Below are positions 34,786-43,600 of a DNA stretch of 64,000 nt, in pieces. The notes beneath the pieces are model-generated. The model saw only the letters and a program-made list of their open reading frames with translations, was not told the origin of the DNA and searched no databases. The position numbers were made by a program, and so were the translations under genes. Position 1 is the stretch's first letter, and every line of letters begins with the position of its first letter. This stretch comes from Anaerolineae bacterium (lineage in GTDB: Bacteria; Chloroflexota; Anaerolineae; Aggregatilineales; UBA3940): assembly GCA_034435015.1 (NCBI GenBank), contig DAOTYH010000052.1, positions 2,835-66,834 of the forward strand. The letters are read 5' to 3'.

Positions 34786-35472
34786 CTAATACCGAGACAG
34801 CCAGAAACTAAGTAAACCCACAGTCAGCAGGGCAAAAGGCATCCAGATCAAGGAGAGGGCCTGGCGCCCGCCGTTGAGTCCCATGCCGATCAGCGCTACG
34901 ACAAGCAGGCCGCCGGCCAGAACCAGAAACGTCAGGGTCGTGCCAAGCGCCGGAAGCAGGACGAGTACGGGAAGAAATGTGCCCACAATACTGCCAATGG
35001 TTGAGACGGCATACAGCCGGCCTGAGACATGGCCCGCGCTGGCTGTGTCTCGGATGGACAGGCGGACCGCGAACGGTGAGGCCGTCCCCAGCAGGGTGAC
35101 GGGCACAATGAAGAGGATCAGCATTGTGCCAAGTGAGCCGATCAGGACGGCGGCTCCGGAGTTCTGGGCGATGCGGGCGGCAAGATGGATCAGCGGCCTG
35201 CCTGCTACTGGCACGAGGCCGGCGGTAAAAGCTCCCCATGCGATGACGCGGTAAAAGGTGGCCGGGTAGGGTGAGCGGTCGGCGAGGTAGCCCCCTAGAA
35301 AGTAGCCTGCTGTAAGGTAAAGCAGAATGAGGCCGATGATAGAGGCCCAGACGACATTGCTTGTCCCGAAGGCGGTACCCAGTAAGCGTGAGGCGCTCAG
35401 CTCGATGCCCAGTGTCACCAGCCCGGACGTGAAGACTGTCAGGTAGAGATAGCGCTGTTGCCGCAGATTCAA
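34786..35472 (-). CDS. polytopic membrane protein resembling the N-terminal membrane module of fused membrane/spermidine-synthase-like proteins
   Basis: YLYLTVFTSGLVTLGIELSASRLLGTAFGTSNVVWASIIGLILLYLTAGYFLG is typical of that module. No methyltransferase-fold domain follows in this ORF. Confidence 0.45.
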   Translation of the reverse strand: MNLRQQRYLYLTVFTSGLVTLGIELSASRLLGTAFGTSNVVWASIIGLILLYLTAGYFLGGYLADRSPYPATFYRVIAWGAFTAGLVPVAGRPLIHLAARIAQNSGAAVLIGSLGTMLILFIVPVTLLGTASPFAVRLSIRDTASAGHVSGRLYAVSTIGSIVGTFLPVLVLLPALGTTLTFLVLAGGLLVVALIGMGLNGGRQALSLIWMPFALLTVGLLSFWLSRY

Positions 35473-35545
35473 GGAAGGCTCCTGAAGTAAGATAGGCTCA
35501 TTATAGCCTGAGGGTGAATTTCTACCTAGAGGACGCGGAGTACAG

Positions 35546-35668
35546 GCTCTGGCTGGATCGCCAGAGCGCCATTGTCAAAATAAACACAATGCTGTATGAT
35601 CAATGTAGTTATCCCCCCTGCCGCTTCGGTGGCAGGGTGCGAAGCCGCGAAAGCGGCTTCTGCGTTTT
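35546..35668 (+). other. cluster of three stable hairpins (two with canonical tetraloops) ending in a U-run
   Basis: Hairpin 1 (35546-35567): GCTCTGGC, 6-nt loop, GCCAGAGC. Hairpin 2 (35616-35637): CCCTGCCGC(TTCG)GTGGCAGGG. Hairpin 3 (35641-35660): GAAGCCGC(GAAA)GCGGCTTC. Then TGCGTTTT. Intergenic and locally AT-richer. Confidence 0.4.
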
Positions 35669-35677
35669 ATAGGCTGG

Positions 35678-36068
35678 ATGTGTATGGTCACGAACATATA
35701 CGTTGACGCCTTCAACCTCTACTATGGCTGTCTCAAGGACACTCCATACCGCTGGCTCAATCTTGCCGAGTTATGCCGATTGATGCTCCCCTACGACACC
35801 ATCAATCAGATCAAGTACTTCACGGCTAAAGTATCAGCCCGGCCCAGCGACCCCAATCAACCAGTGCGACAGCAGACTTACCTGCGGGCGCTTCAGACGA
35901 TCCCCAATCTATCCATCATTTACGGCCAATTCAAGACAAGCACCGCATGGATGCATCTTTGCAGCACGTCACTTTCATGAAAGCCATTCGTAAAGGTGTT
36001 CTGGCCGCCAGCCAATTCCCTCCCACGCTAACTGACCAGCACGGCACCTTCCACAAACCGAGTACGTG
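35678..36068 (+). pseudogene. decayed NYN-domain (LabA/DUF88-like PIN-fold) gene
   Basis: The 100-aa ORF 35678..35980 encodes an NYN N-terminus (NIYVDAFNLYYGCLK..YRWLNL..IKYFTAKV). It ends prematurely before the catalytic middle part. A shifted frame continues with a typical family C-terminus (..MKAIRKGVLAASQFPPTLTDQHGTFHKPSTW*). This implies an internal deletion plus a frameshift. Confidence 0.5.
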
Positions 36069-36365
36069 GTAGCTATCCTCTCCCTTATGCCACGGACGGA
36101 TCCACCGGTACCGGCTCCGGCCATACCTCCAACTGGCTCGCATCTGGGACAGGGAGCAGGTAACGTCATAGATATCCTCACGCACGAACAGCAACGATCT
36201 CAAACATCTGATAATTTATCCACTCCCGTCCCATTTTTACCCCGCCCCTGATCCGAAGCCTGATGTATAATAGGGGTGAGCAAGCTCCACGCTCATCCAT
36301 CGAGCAAGGCCCATTAACGTGAGTACAATTCACCATTTAACCCGCCTTTGATGAAAGGAAATGGT

Positions 36366-37493
36366 ATGTCTGCAAGCCACTCTTCGCGTTTCCCTGATCT
36401 CGACCCCTCCCCGCGCCTCCTGCTAGGTCCCGGCCCCAGCATGGTACATCCCCGCGTGCTCCGTGCGATGGCTACCCCTCTGCTGGGCCATCTTGACCCG
36501 CAGTTTATCCACCTGATGAACGAGATTCAGGATTTGTTGCGCATGGTTTTTGAAACCAACGCCCGTTTGGTGGTGCCCGTCTCAGGTACCGGCAGTGCCG
36601 GCATGGAAGCGGCTCTGTGCAACTTCATCGAACCGGGTGACTCGGTCCTGATCTGCGTTGCCGGTTATTTTGGCGAGCGTATGGTTGACATGGCTGGACG
36701 GTACGGGGCAAAGGTCAGCCGCATTGACGCGGCATGGGGGGATGTGTTTTCCGCCAAGCAGGTCGAGGAAGCCGTCAAGACGCATCGTCCCAAGCTGGTA
36801 GCCATCGTCCACGCGGAAACCTCTACCGGCGCGCTCCAGCCGTTGGAGGAGATCGCGGAGGTTGTCCATAAGCACGGCGCATTGCTGTTGGTGGATGCGG
36901 TCACCTCACTGGGCGGTGTGCCGGTGCGCATGGATCAGACCGGTATTGACATTTGCTACAGCGGCACGCAGAAGTGCCTCAGTTGCCCGCCCGGCCTAGC
37001 CCCTCTGGCTATCAACGAACGCGCAGAGGAAGTCCTGAAAGCACGTAAGACGCCGGTCGCCAACTGGTACCTCGATATGACCATGATCCAGAAATACTGG
37101 GGGTCTGAGCGCACCTATCACCACACCGCGCCGATCAGCATGAACTACGCTCTGCGCGAGGCGCTCAGGCTGGTAGAGGAAGAGGGCCTAACCGCCCGCT
37201 TTGAACGCCATGCCCGCAATGCCCAAATGCTCTGGGACGGCCTGTCTGCGCTCGACTTGACTCTGCACGTCCCTGCCGAACACCGTCTGCCCAGCCTGAC
37301 CACTGTCCGCGTACCGGACGGTGTGGATGAAGCCGCTGTCCGCCGCCGCCTGCTGGAAGAGTACAACATCGAGATCGCCGGCGGTCTGGGCACACTGAAG
37401 GGCAAGATCTTCCGTGTCGGCTTGATGGGCTTCTCCAGCCGCGCCGAGAACGTCGTCACCTTGCTGGGTGCGCTGGAGCGCATCCTGGCCTAG
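36366..37493 (+). CDS. class V aminotransferase (alanine-glyoxylate / serine-pyruvate aminotransferase type)
   Basis: LLGPGPS..P.VL.AM, ..VPVSGTGSAGMEA.., the PLP-lysine context YSGTQKCLS, and ..FRVGLMG... The ORF track starts at 36348. Confidence 0.85.
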   Translation: MSASHSSRFPDLDPSPRLLLGPGPSMVHPRVLRAMATPLLGHLDPQFIHLMNEIQDLLRMVFETNARLVVPVSGTGSAGMEAALCNFIEPGDSVLICVAGYFGERMVDMAGRYGAKVSRIDAAWGDVFSAKQVEEAVKTHRPKLVAIVHAETSTGALQPLEEIAEVVHKHGALLLVDAVTSLGGVPVRMDQTGIDICYSGTQKCLSCPPGLAPLAINERAEEVLKARKTPVANWYLDMTMIQKYWGSERTYHHTAPISMNYALREALRLVEEEGLTARFERHARNAQMLWDGLSALDLTLHVPAEHRLPSLTTVRVPDGVDEAAVRRRLLEEYNIEIAGGLGTLKGKIFRVGLMGFSSRAENVVTLLGALERILA

Positions 37494-37562
37494 CAAACAC
37501 CATCTCGCCCGTTCCTCGCAGGGAATGATGTCTCTGTGAGTAACCATCCAAGGGGATACTTT

Positions 37563-40484
37563 ATGATCAAACACGAACAAGCACCCCAGGCAAGTAAAGA
37601 GCTGATCCATGATTTAAGCGCCGCGCTGGCTGACGTGAAGTTCGACTGGATGACACGCCTGCTGTACAGCACCGACGCCAGTATCTATCAGGTACTGCCT
37701 ATCGGCGTGGGCTTCCCCCGCAACGCTGATGAGGCCGCCGCGGCAGTTGAGATCGCTGCCCGGCATGGTGTACCGGTGTTGCCACGCGGCGGAGGCAGTA
37801 GTCTAGCCGGCCAGACGGTTAATCAGGCGCTGGTGCTTGACTTCACCCGTTACATGGATCAAATCATCGAGATAAACCCTGAGACTCAGACCGTCCGGGT
37901 CCAGCCCGGCATTGCCCTCGACAACCTGAACCGGGCGCTCCTGAAGCAGGGTTTCATGTTCGGCCCTGATCCGGCCAGCTCGGATCGGGCCACCATGGGC
38001 GGTATCATTGGCAACAACTCAACCGGCTCACACTCCATCGTGTACGGCATGACGGTTGATCACGCTGTCGCCATGGACGTGATCCTCTCCGATGGCAGTC
38101 GTGCCCGTTTTGATGCTCTCAACGGTGACACTTGGGAAAGTCGGAGCAAACGCCCCGGCCTTGAGGGGGCGATCTACCGTTCGATGCCCGCCATCCTTGA
38201 GAAGTACCGCCGGCTGGTCGAAGAGCGCTACCCCGAAACATGGCGGCATGTTGCAGGTTACAACCTCAACCAGCTCATCAAAGATCAATCGCCCAACCTT
38301 GCCAAACTCATCGTCGGCTCAGAGGGGACGCTGGTAACCATCACAGAGGCCACATTGGGCATTGTACGCCCCCCCAAGATGAAGCGTCTGACACTGGTGC
38401 ACTTCTCTGATCTGCGCCCCTCGCTGGAGGCCGTCCCGGTCATATTGGAGAGCGATCCGGCCGCGGTCGAGCTGATCGAGAAGTTCATGCTGGACCTGAC
38501 CCGTGACAAGCTTGAGTACCGCCGTCTGCTCACCTTCATCGAAGGTGACCCGCGCGTTGTTCTAATCGTCGAACACACCGGCGACACCGAAGCCGAGTTG
38601 GACGCTAAGGCAGAACGGCTACAGAAGTTGCTGAAGCGGATCAATCACCATGATCCGGTAGTCGTCGTCTCGGACCCCAAACAGCAGGCCAATGTCTGGT
38701 ATGTCCGTAAAGTCGGCCTTGGCCTGATGATGAGCATCCGCGGCGACGCCAAGCCCTTCAACTTCATTGAGGACGCCGCCGTGCCGGTTGAGCATCTAGC
38801 CGATTACGTGATCAAGGTGATCGAGGCGTGCCACGACGTGGGATGCGAGCTTGTTCCCATGTATGCCCATGCCAGCGCAGGCTGTATCCACATCCAGCCG
38901 ATGATTGACCTCAAGACCGCCGACGGCGTACGGCAACTCCGCCAGATCGCGGAGGCATCGGCCAGTTTGGCGGTCTCCTACGGCGGCACGACCAGCGGCG
39001 AGCACGGGGACGGGATTGTACGGGCTGAGTTTCTTGAGAAGCTGTACGGCCCGGAGATCGTTCAGGCCTTCCACGAAGTGAAGGCTGTCTTCGATCCGCG
39101 CAACTTGATGAACCCAAACCGGATTCTGGATACCCCCCGCCTGGATGACGAGTCAATCCTGCGCTTTGGCACGGACTACCGGACACCGCTGGAGCCAAGC
39201 GCCACTATCCTCAGTTTCGAGTCCGACGGCGGGTTTGCCCGTGCGGTTGAGATGTGCAACGGTCAGGGGGTCTGCCGCAAGATCGGCGCAGGGGTCATGT
39301 GTCCTTCCTACATGGCCACCCGTGACGAGGCGCATTCCACCCGCGGGCGGGCTAACGCCCTTCGCTCAGCCATGATGGGTCTGCTGGGGCCTGAGGGGAT
39401 GACCTCCAAAGAGCTGTATGAGATTTTTGATCTATGCTTGTCATGCAAAGCCTGCAAGAGCGAATGCCCTTCAGCGGTGGACATGGCCAAGATCAAGGCT
39501 GAGTTTGTCTATCACTACTATCAGAAACACGGCGTCCCTCTGCGCTCAAAGCTGTTTGCCAATATTGCCTCCCTGAACGCACTGGCTCAGCCGTTCCAGC
39601 CTATTTCTAATGTGATGCTGGCCGGCCCCGTCAAATGGATCATGACTGGACTTGGCGTCCACGAAAAGCGCACCCTCCCCAAGCTGGCCCCCCAGACCTT
39701 CACCGGCTGGTACAGACAGCATCTCCGCAGTTTGAACGGAGGCCGCCCCAAGGCAGGCAAGCAGGTGGTCTTCTTCCACGATACCTTCATGCAACATAAC
39801 TCACCGGAGATCGGGCAGGCGGCTATTCGAGTGCTTGAGGCCGCCGGCTACGACATCATCATCCCATGGAATCGGAAGTGTTGCGGACGGCCCGCTCTCT
39901 CCAAAGGGCTGTTGGATGAAGCGGCTAAGCTGGCACGGCACAATGTCAAAGTGCTGGCGCCCTTTGCCCAGCAAGGCATTCCAATTGTCGGCTGTGAGCC
40001 AAGCTGTATGGCCGCGCTGGTGGATGAATATCCCTCGCTGGTGCCCGGCCCGGAGGCAAAGGCCGTCGCGGAGATGGCCGCCACGATTGATGTCTTCCTG
40101 GCGCGTGAGGCTGAAGCCGGCCAACTCGATCTTCACTTTGACGAGACACCGCGCAAGGTCCTGTTGCACGGCCAGTGCATCCAGAAGGCCATCTTCGGGA
40201 CAGCCAGTACCCACGCCATGTTAAAGCTGATCCCGAACTGCACAGTCGAGGAGGTCAACTCAAGCTGTTGCGGTATGGCAGGGTCATTCGGCTATGAGGC
40301 TGAACACTATGATCTCTCAATGAAACTGGCTGAGATGTCGCTTGCGCCAGCCGTGAGAGCGGCCCCGCCGGATACGCTGATCGTCGCGCCCGGCACATCC
40401 TGCCGCGAGCAGATTCATCATACTACCGAGCGGGAAGCGATCCATCCTATCCAGGTGCTGGCCGCCGCGCTCAAATCCGAATAA
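37563..40484 (+). CDS. fused FAD-binding oxidase (GlcD/D-lactate dehydrogenase-like) and Fe-S/CCG-domain subunit (GlcF-like)
   Basis: FAD PCMH motif PVLPRGGGSSLAGQ. VAO-type C-terminal part HASAGCIH..GGTTSGEHGDG. A ferredoxin-like cluster CLSCKACKSECPS and two Cys-rich CCG motifs (KCCGRP, SCCGMAG). The ORF track starts at GTG 37536. Confidence 0.85.
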   Translation: MIKHEQAPQASKELIHDLSAALADVKFDWMTRLLYSTDASIYQVLPIGVGFPRNADEAAAAVEIAARHGVPVLPRGGGSSLAGQTVNQALVLDFTRYMDQIIEINPETQTVRVQPGIALDNLNRALLKQGFMFGPDPASSDRATMGGIIGNNSTGSHSIVYGMTVDHAVAMDVILSDGSRARFDALNGDTWESRSKRPGLEGAIYRSMPAILEKYRRLVEERYPETWRHVAGYNLNQLIKDQSPNLAKLIVGSEGTLVTITEATLGIVRPPKMKRLTLVHFSDLRPSLEAVPVILESDPAAVELIEKFMLDLTRDKLEYRRLLTFIEGDPRVVLIVEHTGDTEAELDAKAERLQKLLKRINHHDPVVVVSDPKQQANVWYVRKVGLGLMMSIRGDAKPFNFIEDAAVPVEHLADYVIKVIEACHDVGCELVPMYAHASAGCIHIQPMIDLKTADGVRQLRQIAEASASLAVSYGGTTSGEHGDGIVRAEFLEKLYGPEIVQAFHEVKAVFDPRNLMNPNRILDTPRLDDESILRFGTDYRTPLEPSATILSFESDGGFARAVEMCNGQGVCRKIGAGVMCPSYMATRDEAHSTRGRANALRSAMMGLLGPEGMTSKELYEIFDLCLSCKACKSECPSAVDMAKIKAEFVYHYYQKHGVPLRSKLFANIASLNALAQPFQPISNVMLAGPVKWIMTGLGVHEKRTLPKLAPQTFTGWYRQHLRSLNGGRPKAGKQVVFFHDTFMQHNSPEIGQAAIRVLEAAGYDIIIPWNRKCCGRPALSKGLLDEAAKLARHNVKVLAPFAQQGIPIVGCEPSCMAALVDEYPSLVPGPEAKAVAEMAATIDVFLAREAEAGQLDLHFDETPRKVLLHGQCIQKAIFGTASTHAMLKLIPNCTVEEVNSSCCGMAGSFGYEAEHYDLSMKLAEMSLAPAVRAAPPDTLIVAPGTSCREQIHHTTEREAIHPIQVLAAALKSE

Positions 40485-40573
40485 AAAAGGTCACAGGGGA
40501 CATCCTATGCCCCCTGTGCTCAACTGACTGGTTCATGGGGCGGGCATCAAAACCCGCCCCGCGTTTCCTCCCC

Positions 40574-41119
40574 TCATCCGCCAACCGCCCCGCCCAGATA
40601 GCGGGCCGCCCATACCAGCCCAATGATTGTCTTGCTGTCATCAATCTTGTTACTGATGGCATACTCCAGCGCTGTACGGAAGGGTATCCGCTCGACGGCT
40701 ATCCGCTCATCCTGGTCGCCCTCCAAACGGGAAGGGCGCAAGCTGCGGGCCAGATAGATCGTGATGTACTCGGTTGTATAGGAGGCGGCTACGTAGTATC
40801 CCCCCAGCTCGACCAGTTCTTCCGGGTAGTAACCGACTTCCTCCTGCAACTCACGTCTGGCGCACTCATGGCGCGGCTCGCCCGGCTCCAGACCGCCGGC
40901 GGGCAGTTCGAGCAGTACCTTCCCTGCGCCTGCGCGGTACTGCCGCACCAGAATCACATTGCCCTCTTCATCCAGCGGCACGAGCGCCACTGCCCCATGA
41001 TGCTGGATAATCTCGCGCTCGTAGGTTTGCCCATCCTCCAGCTCGACCGTGTCAACCCGCAAGTGAACGACCCGCCCTTTAAAGATGTCCCGGCTGTGGA
41101 CAATACGCTCATCCGGCAT
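40574..41119 (-). CDS. NUDIX hydrolase (ADP-ribose pyrophosphatase type)
   Basis: Nudix box GGLEPGEPRHECARRELQEEVGY. Size and flanks resemble NudF/ADPRase. Confidence 0.85.
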   Translation of the reverse strand: MPDERIVHSRDIFKGRVVHLRVDTVELEDGQTYEREIIQHHGAVALVPLDEEGNVILVRQYRAGAGKVLLELPAGGLEPGEPRHECARRELQEEVGYYPEELVELGGYYVAASYTTEYITIYLARSLRPSRLEGDQDERIAVERIPFRTALEYAISNKIDDSKTIIGLVWAARYLGGAVGG

Positions 41120-41142
41120 GCTGTTCTCCCTTGCACAAGTTT

Positions 41143-41167
41143 CAGGGCAGGTTTGCTACCTGCCCTG
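41143..41167. terminator. perfect 10-bp hairpin between the LysM gene and the NUDIX gene
   Basis: CAGGGCAGGT, loop TTGCT, ACCTGCCCTG. No clear U-run on either strand, so terminator function is uncertain. Confidence 0.3.
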
Positions 41168-41222
41168 AGAATGTCTTCCTGTCAATAGGGATGGCCTGCT
41201 TACCTAATCTGGCTGAGGAATG

Positions 41223-41987
41223 CTACCGGGCCGGGATACGGATGACCTGCCCGACCGAGATCTCGCTGGGGTTGGCTATACCGTTGTAGGCCGCCAGCTC
41301 CTGATAGGTCAGGCCGTAACGCAGGGCGATACGGAACAGGTTCTCACCTGCCTGCACCGTATGGAGGATGTCTCCGTTGGCATCAACCGTGTCGCCTGCC
41401 TGCGGGCCGATCGCCCCCGTCCCTGGCGCACTAGTTGCCGCAGGCTGGGCGCCGCCGCATCCGGGGATGGTCAACACCGTTCCAGCCGCGATCAGGTTGG
41501 GGTTCGTGATCCCATTGGCCGCCGCCAGCTCCTGATAGGTCAGGCCGTAGCGCAGGGCAATCCGAAATAGATTCTCGCCGGCCTGCACCGTATGGGTAGC
41601 AGGGCACCCGCCTGTCGTCTGGGGAATCGGCGTAGCTGTTGCGGGCAGTATGGGTGTGGTGACCGCCGGCGGCGTAATCCCGCCAGCCGCGCCGGGGATA
41701 GTCCCCTCCGCCCCCGGCGTCACAAGACCTTCCGGCGCGACAGGCGCCATAGCTGTCAGCGTCCCAAAGGCATCAATTGGGCCGCTGACAGTAGGCACAG
41801 GCAGAGTCGCTGTTGCATCCATAAACGGCGGGACGGTCTCCGGCGCAAAGGGCGTACCAATTGTGCCCGGCCCGGCAGGTGTGAGAGGAGCCGCGCTTGC
41901 CCCTGCCAGCGTGCAGCCCGTCATGGACAGGGCTAACAGCAGTAAACCCGTCATCAAGACAAACACACGGCGCTCAGTTCTCTTCAT
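41223..41987 (-). CDS. secreted lipoprotein with two C-terminal LysM peptidoglycan-binding domains
   Basis: Lipobox LSMTGCTL and a Pro/Thr/Ala-rich spacer. Two LysM repeats share an identical 25-aa core (HTVQAGENLFRIALRYGLTYQELAA) and about 85 nt of clearly similar (not identical) DNA. Confidence 0.8.
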   Translation of the reverse strand: MKRTERRVFVLMTGLLLLALSMTGCTLAGASAAPLTPAGPGTIGTPFAPETVPPFMDATATLPVPTVSGPIDAFGTLTAMAPVAPEGLVTPGAEGTIPGAAGGITPPAVTTPILPATATPIPQTTGGCPATHTVQAGENLFRIALRYGLTYQELAAANGITNPNLIAAGTVLTIPGCGGAQPAATSAPGTGAIGPQAGDTVDANGDILHTVQAGENLFRIALRYGLTYQELAAYNGIANPSEISVGQVIRIPAR

Positions 41988-42306
41988 GTCGAGCCTCCCC
42001 CTGACAGGCGGTCATACTGACTAAGTCATTGTTACAGCACTATAACATTGCTTATCAGGCAGTGCAACTCTGGAGAGTGGATAAGAATCTGGGCACAGGT
42101 GAAATAGGGGCATGGACACACCTCCCCTGTAACAACCTCTTACTCGCCAGGGGCTGTCCTGCCTCTGGATTTGCTCCTGCCGGGGCGGTGCGGCCTCGGT
42201 GAACTCACCCGGCAGGCCGGAACGTACGTTCGATTGCAGGATGTCCCAGAAGCCCTATAATGAATCGGGTGGATCTTTCTGCGGCCCTGTGGAGCGCTAT
42301 ACGCCT

Positions 42307-43182
42307 ATGCGTCGCGTCTTACCTATCGTCGTCGTTGCAGGGATAGTTGTCGCAGGGATCGGCATTCTGGCCAGCCGGCAGGATGCTTTTTCCCCGATGC
42401 GCTACTTTCCTGAGACCGGTCATGTAGTCCGCGAGCCGTTCCTGTCCTTCTTTGAGGAGCGGGGCGGCCTTGCCATGTTCGGTTTTCCGCTCAGCGATGC
42501 CTATACCACTGCCGATGGTGTCCTTGTCCAGACTTTCCAGCGTGCCCAGATGCAGTTAACTGTGCGGGGCGTTGAGCTGGCACCCGTCGGGCGGCTGTTG
42601 CATCTGGGAGATGGTGAAGGAAGTTTTACGGCGGCCCCGCCTTTCCGGGAGTTCTATGAGGCGCAAGGGGGGGCGTCCTTCTTTGGGCCTCCGCTTGGTC
42701 GGGCGCGGGAGGAGAACGGCGTCCTGATTCAAGACTTCGAACGGGCAAGGCTGGTGCTGGATACTCTAGGCGGGGTGCGCATGTATGAGCTGGGGTCGGT
42801 CTATCTGGCCGCCTTCCCGCCTGCTGAGGGCGGCATTCAGGCTAACATTCGCCTGCGCGGCACTCCCTTGCCTCCCTCCGGTGTGCGGGCCAGCGTATCC
42901 GTGGAAAAGCCGACGATCAGCCAGAGCGAAGTCCAAACCCTCTATCTCTATGTTGAAGATGTGAACGGCAACCCGGTTGCAGGTGCGCAGGCGTTGGCTG
43001 TCTTGAGCTATGATGGTGTCACCGCCGAAGTAGTCATGCCGGATACCGACGAACGCGGGCTGGCCAGCGCCTCTTTTGTGGCGCCGCCTGCCGAGCCGGG
43101 GTCGCGCGTGATCGTCGAGATGCATGTGCTGGCCGGGGAAACCTTCCTGACAGTGGAGACGGCTTACTTCCAGTGGTGGTGA
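42307..43182 (+). CDS. membrane-anchored protein with two LGFP-like repeats and a C-terminal Ig-like domain
   Basis: TM LPIVVVAGIVVAGIGILA. Repeats FFEERGGLAMFGFPLSDAY..DGVLVQTFQRAQM and FYEAQGGASFFGPPLGRAREENGVLIQDFERARL resemble LGFP cell-wall repeats. The ORF track starts at 42199. Confidence 0.45.
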   Translation: MRRVLPIVVVAGIVVAGIGILASRQDAFSPMRYFPETGHVVREPFLSFFEERGGLAMFGFPLSDAYTTADGVLVQTFQRAQMQLTVRGVELAPVGRLLHLGDGEGSFTAAPPFREFYEAQGGASFFGPPLGRAREENGVLIQDFERARLVLDTLGGVRMYELGSVYLAAFPPAEGGIQANIRLRGTPLPPSGVRASVSVEKPTISQSEVQTLYLYVEDVNGNPVAGAQALAVLSYDGVTAEVVMPDTDERGLASASFVAPPAEPGSRVIVEMHVLAGETFLTVETAYFQWW

Positions 43183-43204
43183 TTTCAACAACGGCGATAT
43201 ATCA

Positions 43205-43235
43205 AATCGAGGCGGCCCGCGTGGCCGCCTCGATT
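43205..43235. terminator. perfect 13-bp hairpin between convergent genes
   Basis: AATCGAGGCGGCC, loop CGCGT, GGCCGCCTCGATT. Confidence 0.5.
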
Positions 43236-43248
43236 GATTCTTCGATGG

Positions 43249-43563
43249 TTACTGCGTCTTACGCCTTTTAGAAGGCCGAGAAGGCTTCTCTGGAGGGGCT
43301 GGCTCTTCGGCCTCGCTGTCTTTGTCTTCCCAGCTAATGATCCAGACACAGGCGCCCGCTACCAGAATCGTCGCTGTGATCAGCGCGACCCACTGGCCGG
43401 GCAGTAGACCCACATCACGTGCCTCGATCACCAGCAGGATCACCATGCCCAATGCCAGCACGATCCATGCCGACAGGCGCGGGTGGGCTTCAACCCAGCG
43501 TACCAGCGGCCCCAACGGCCCACTGCGCAGATTGTCAAGTGTGCGGTTCAAGAATTCGGACAT
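43249..43563 (-). CDS. small two-TM membrane protein with a charged C-terminal tail
   Basis: Two hydrophobic helices (LSAWIVLALGMVILLVI; WVALITATILVAGACVWII) and the tail ..DKDSEAEEPAPPEKPSRPSKRRKTQ. No family recognised. Confidence 0.45.
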   Translation of the reverse strand: MSEFLNRTLDNLRSGPLGPLVRWVEAHPRLSAWIVLALGMVILLVIEARDVGLLPGQWVALITATILVAGACVWIISWEDKDSEAEEPAPPEKPSRPSKRRKTQ

Positions 43564-43600
43564 ACTTTATCCCTGCGGATACCTCGTTTTCTCGGTTTCT

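Noticed and set aside
35931-36203. 90-aa and 68-aa minus-strand ORFs in the low-coding island
   Set aside because: No motifs and no RBS. They overlap the frame-shifted NYN C-terminal remnant, so they are probably chance ORFs in decayed sequence.
40535-41188. 217-aa plus-strand ORF overlapping the NUDIX gene
   Set aside because: The opposite frame contains a perfect Nudix box. This frame has no recognisable features.
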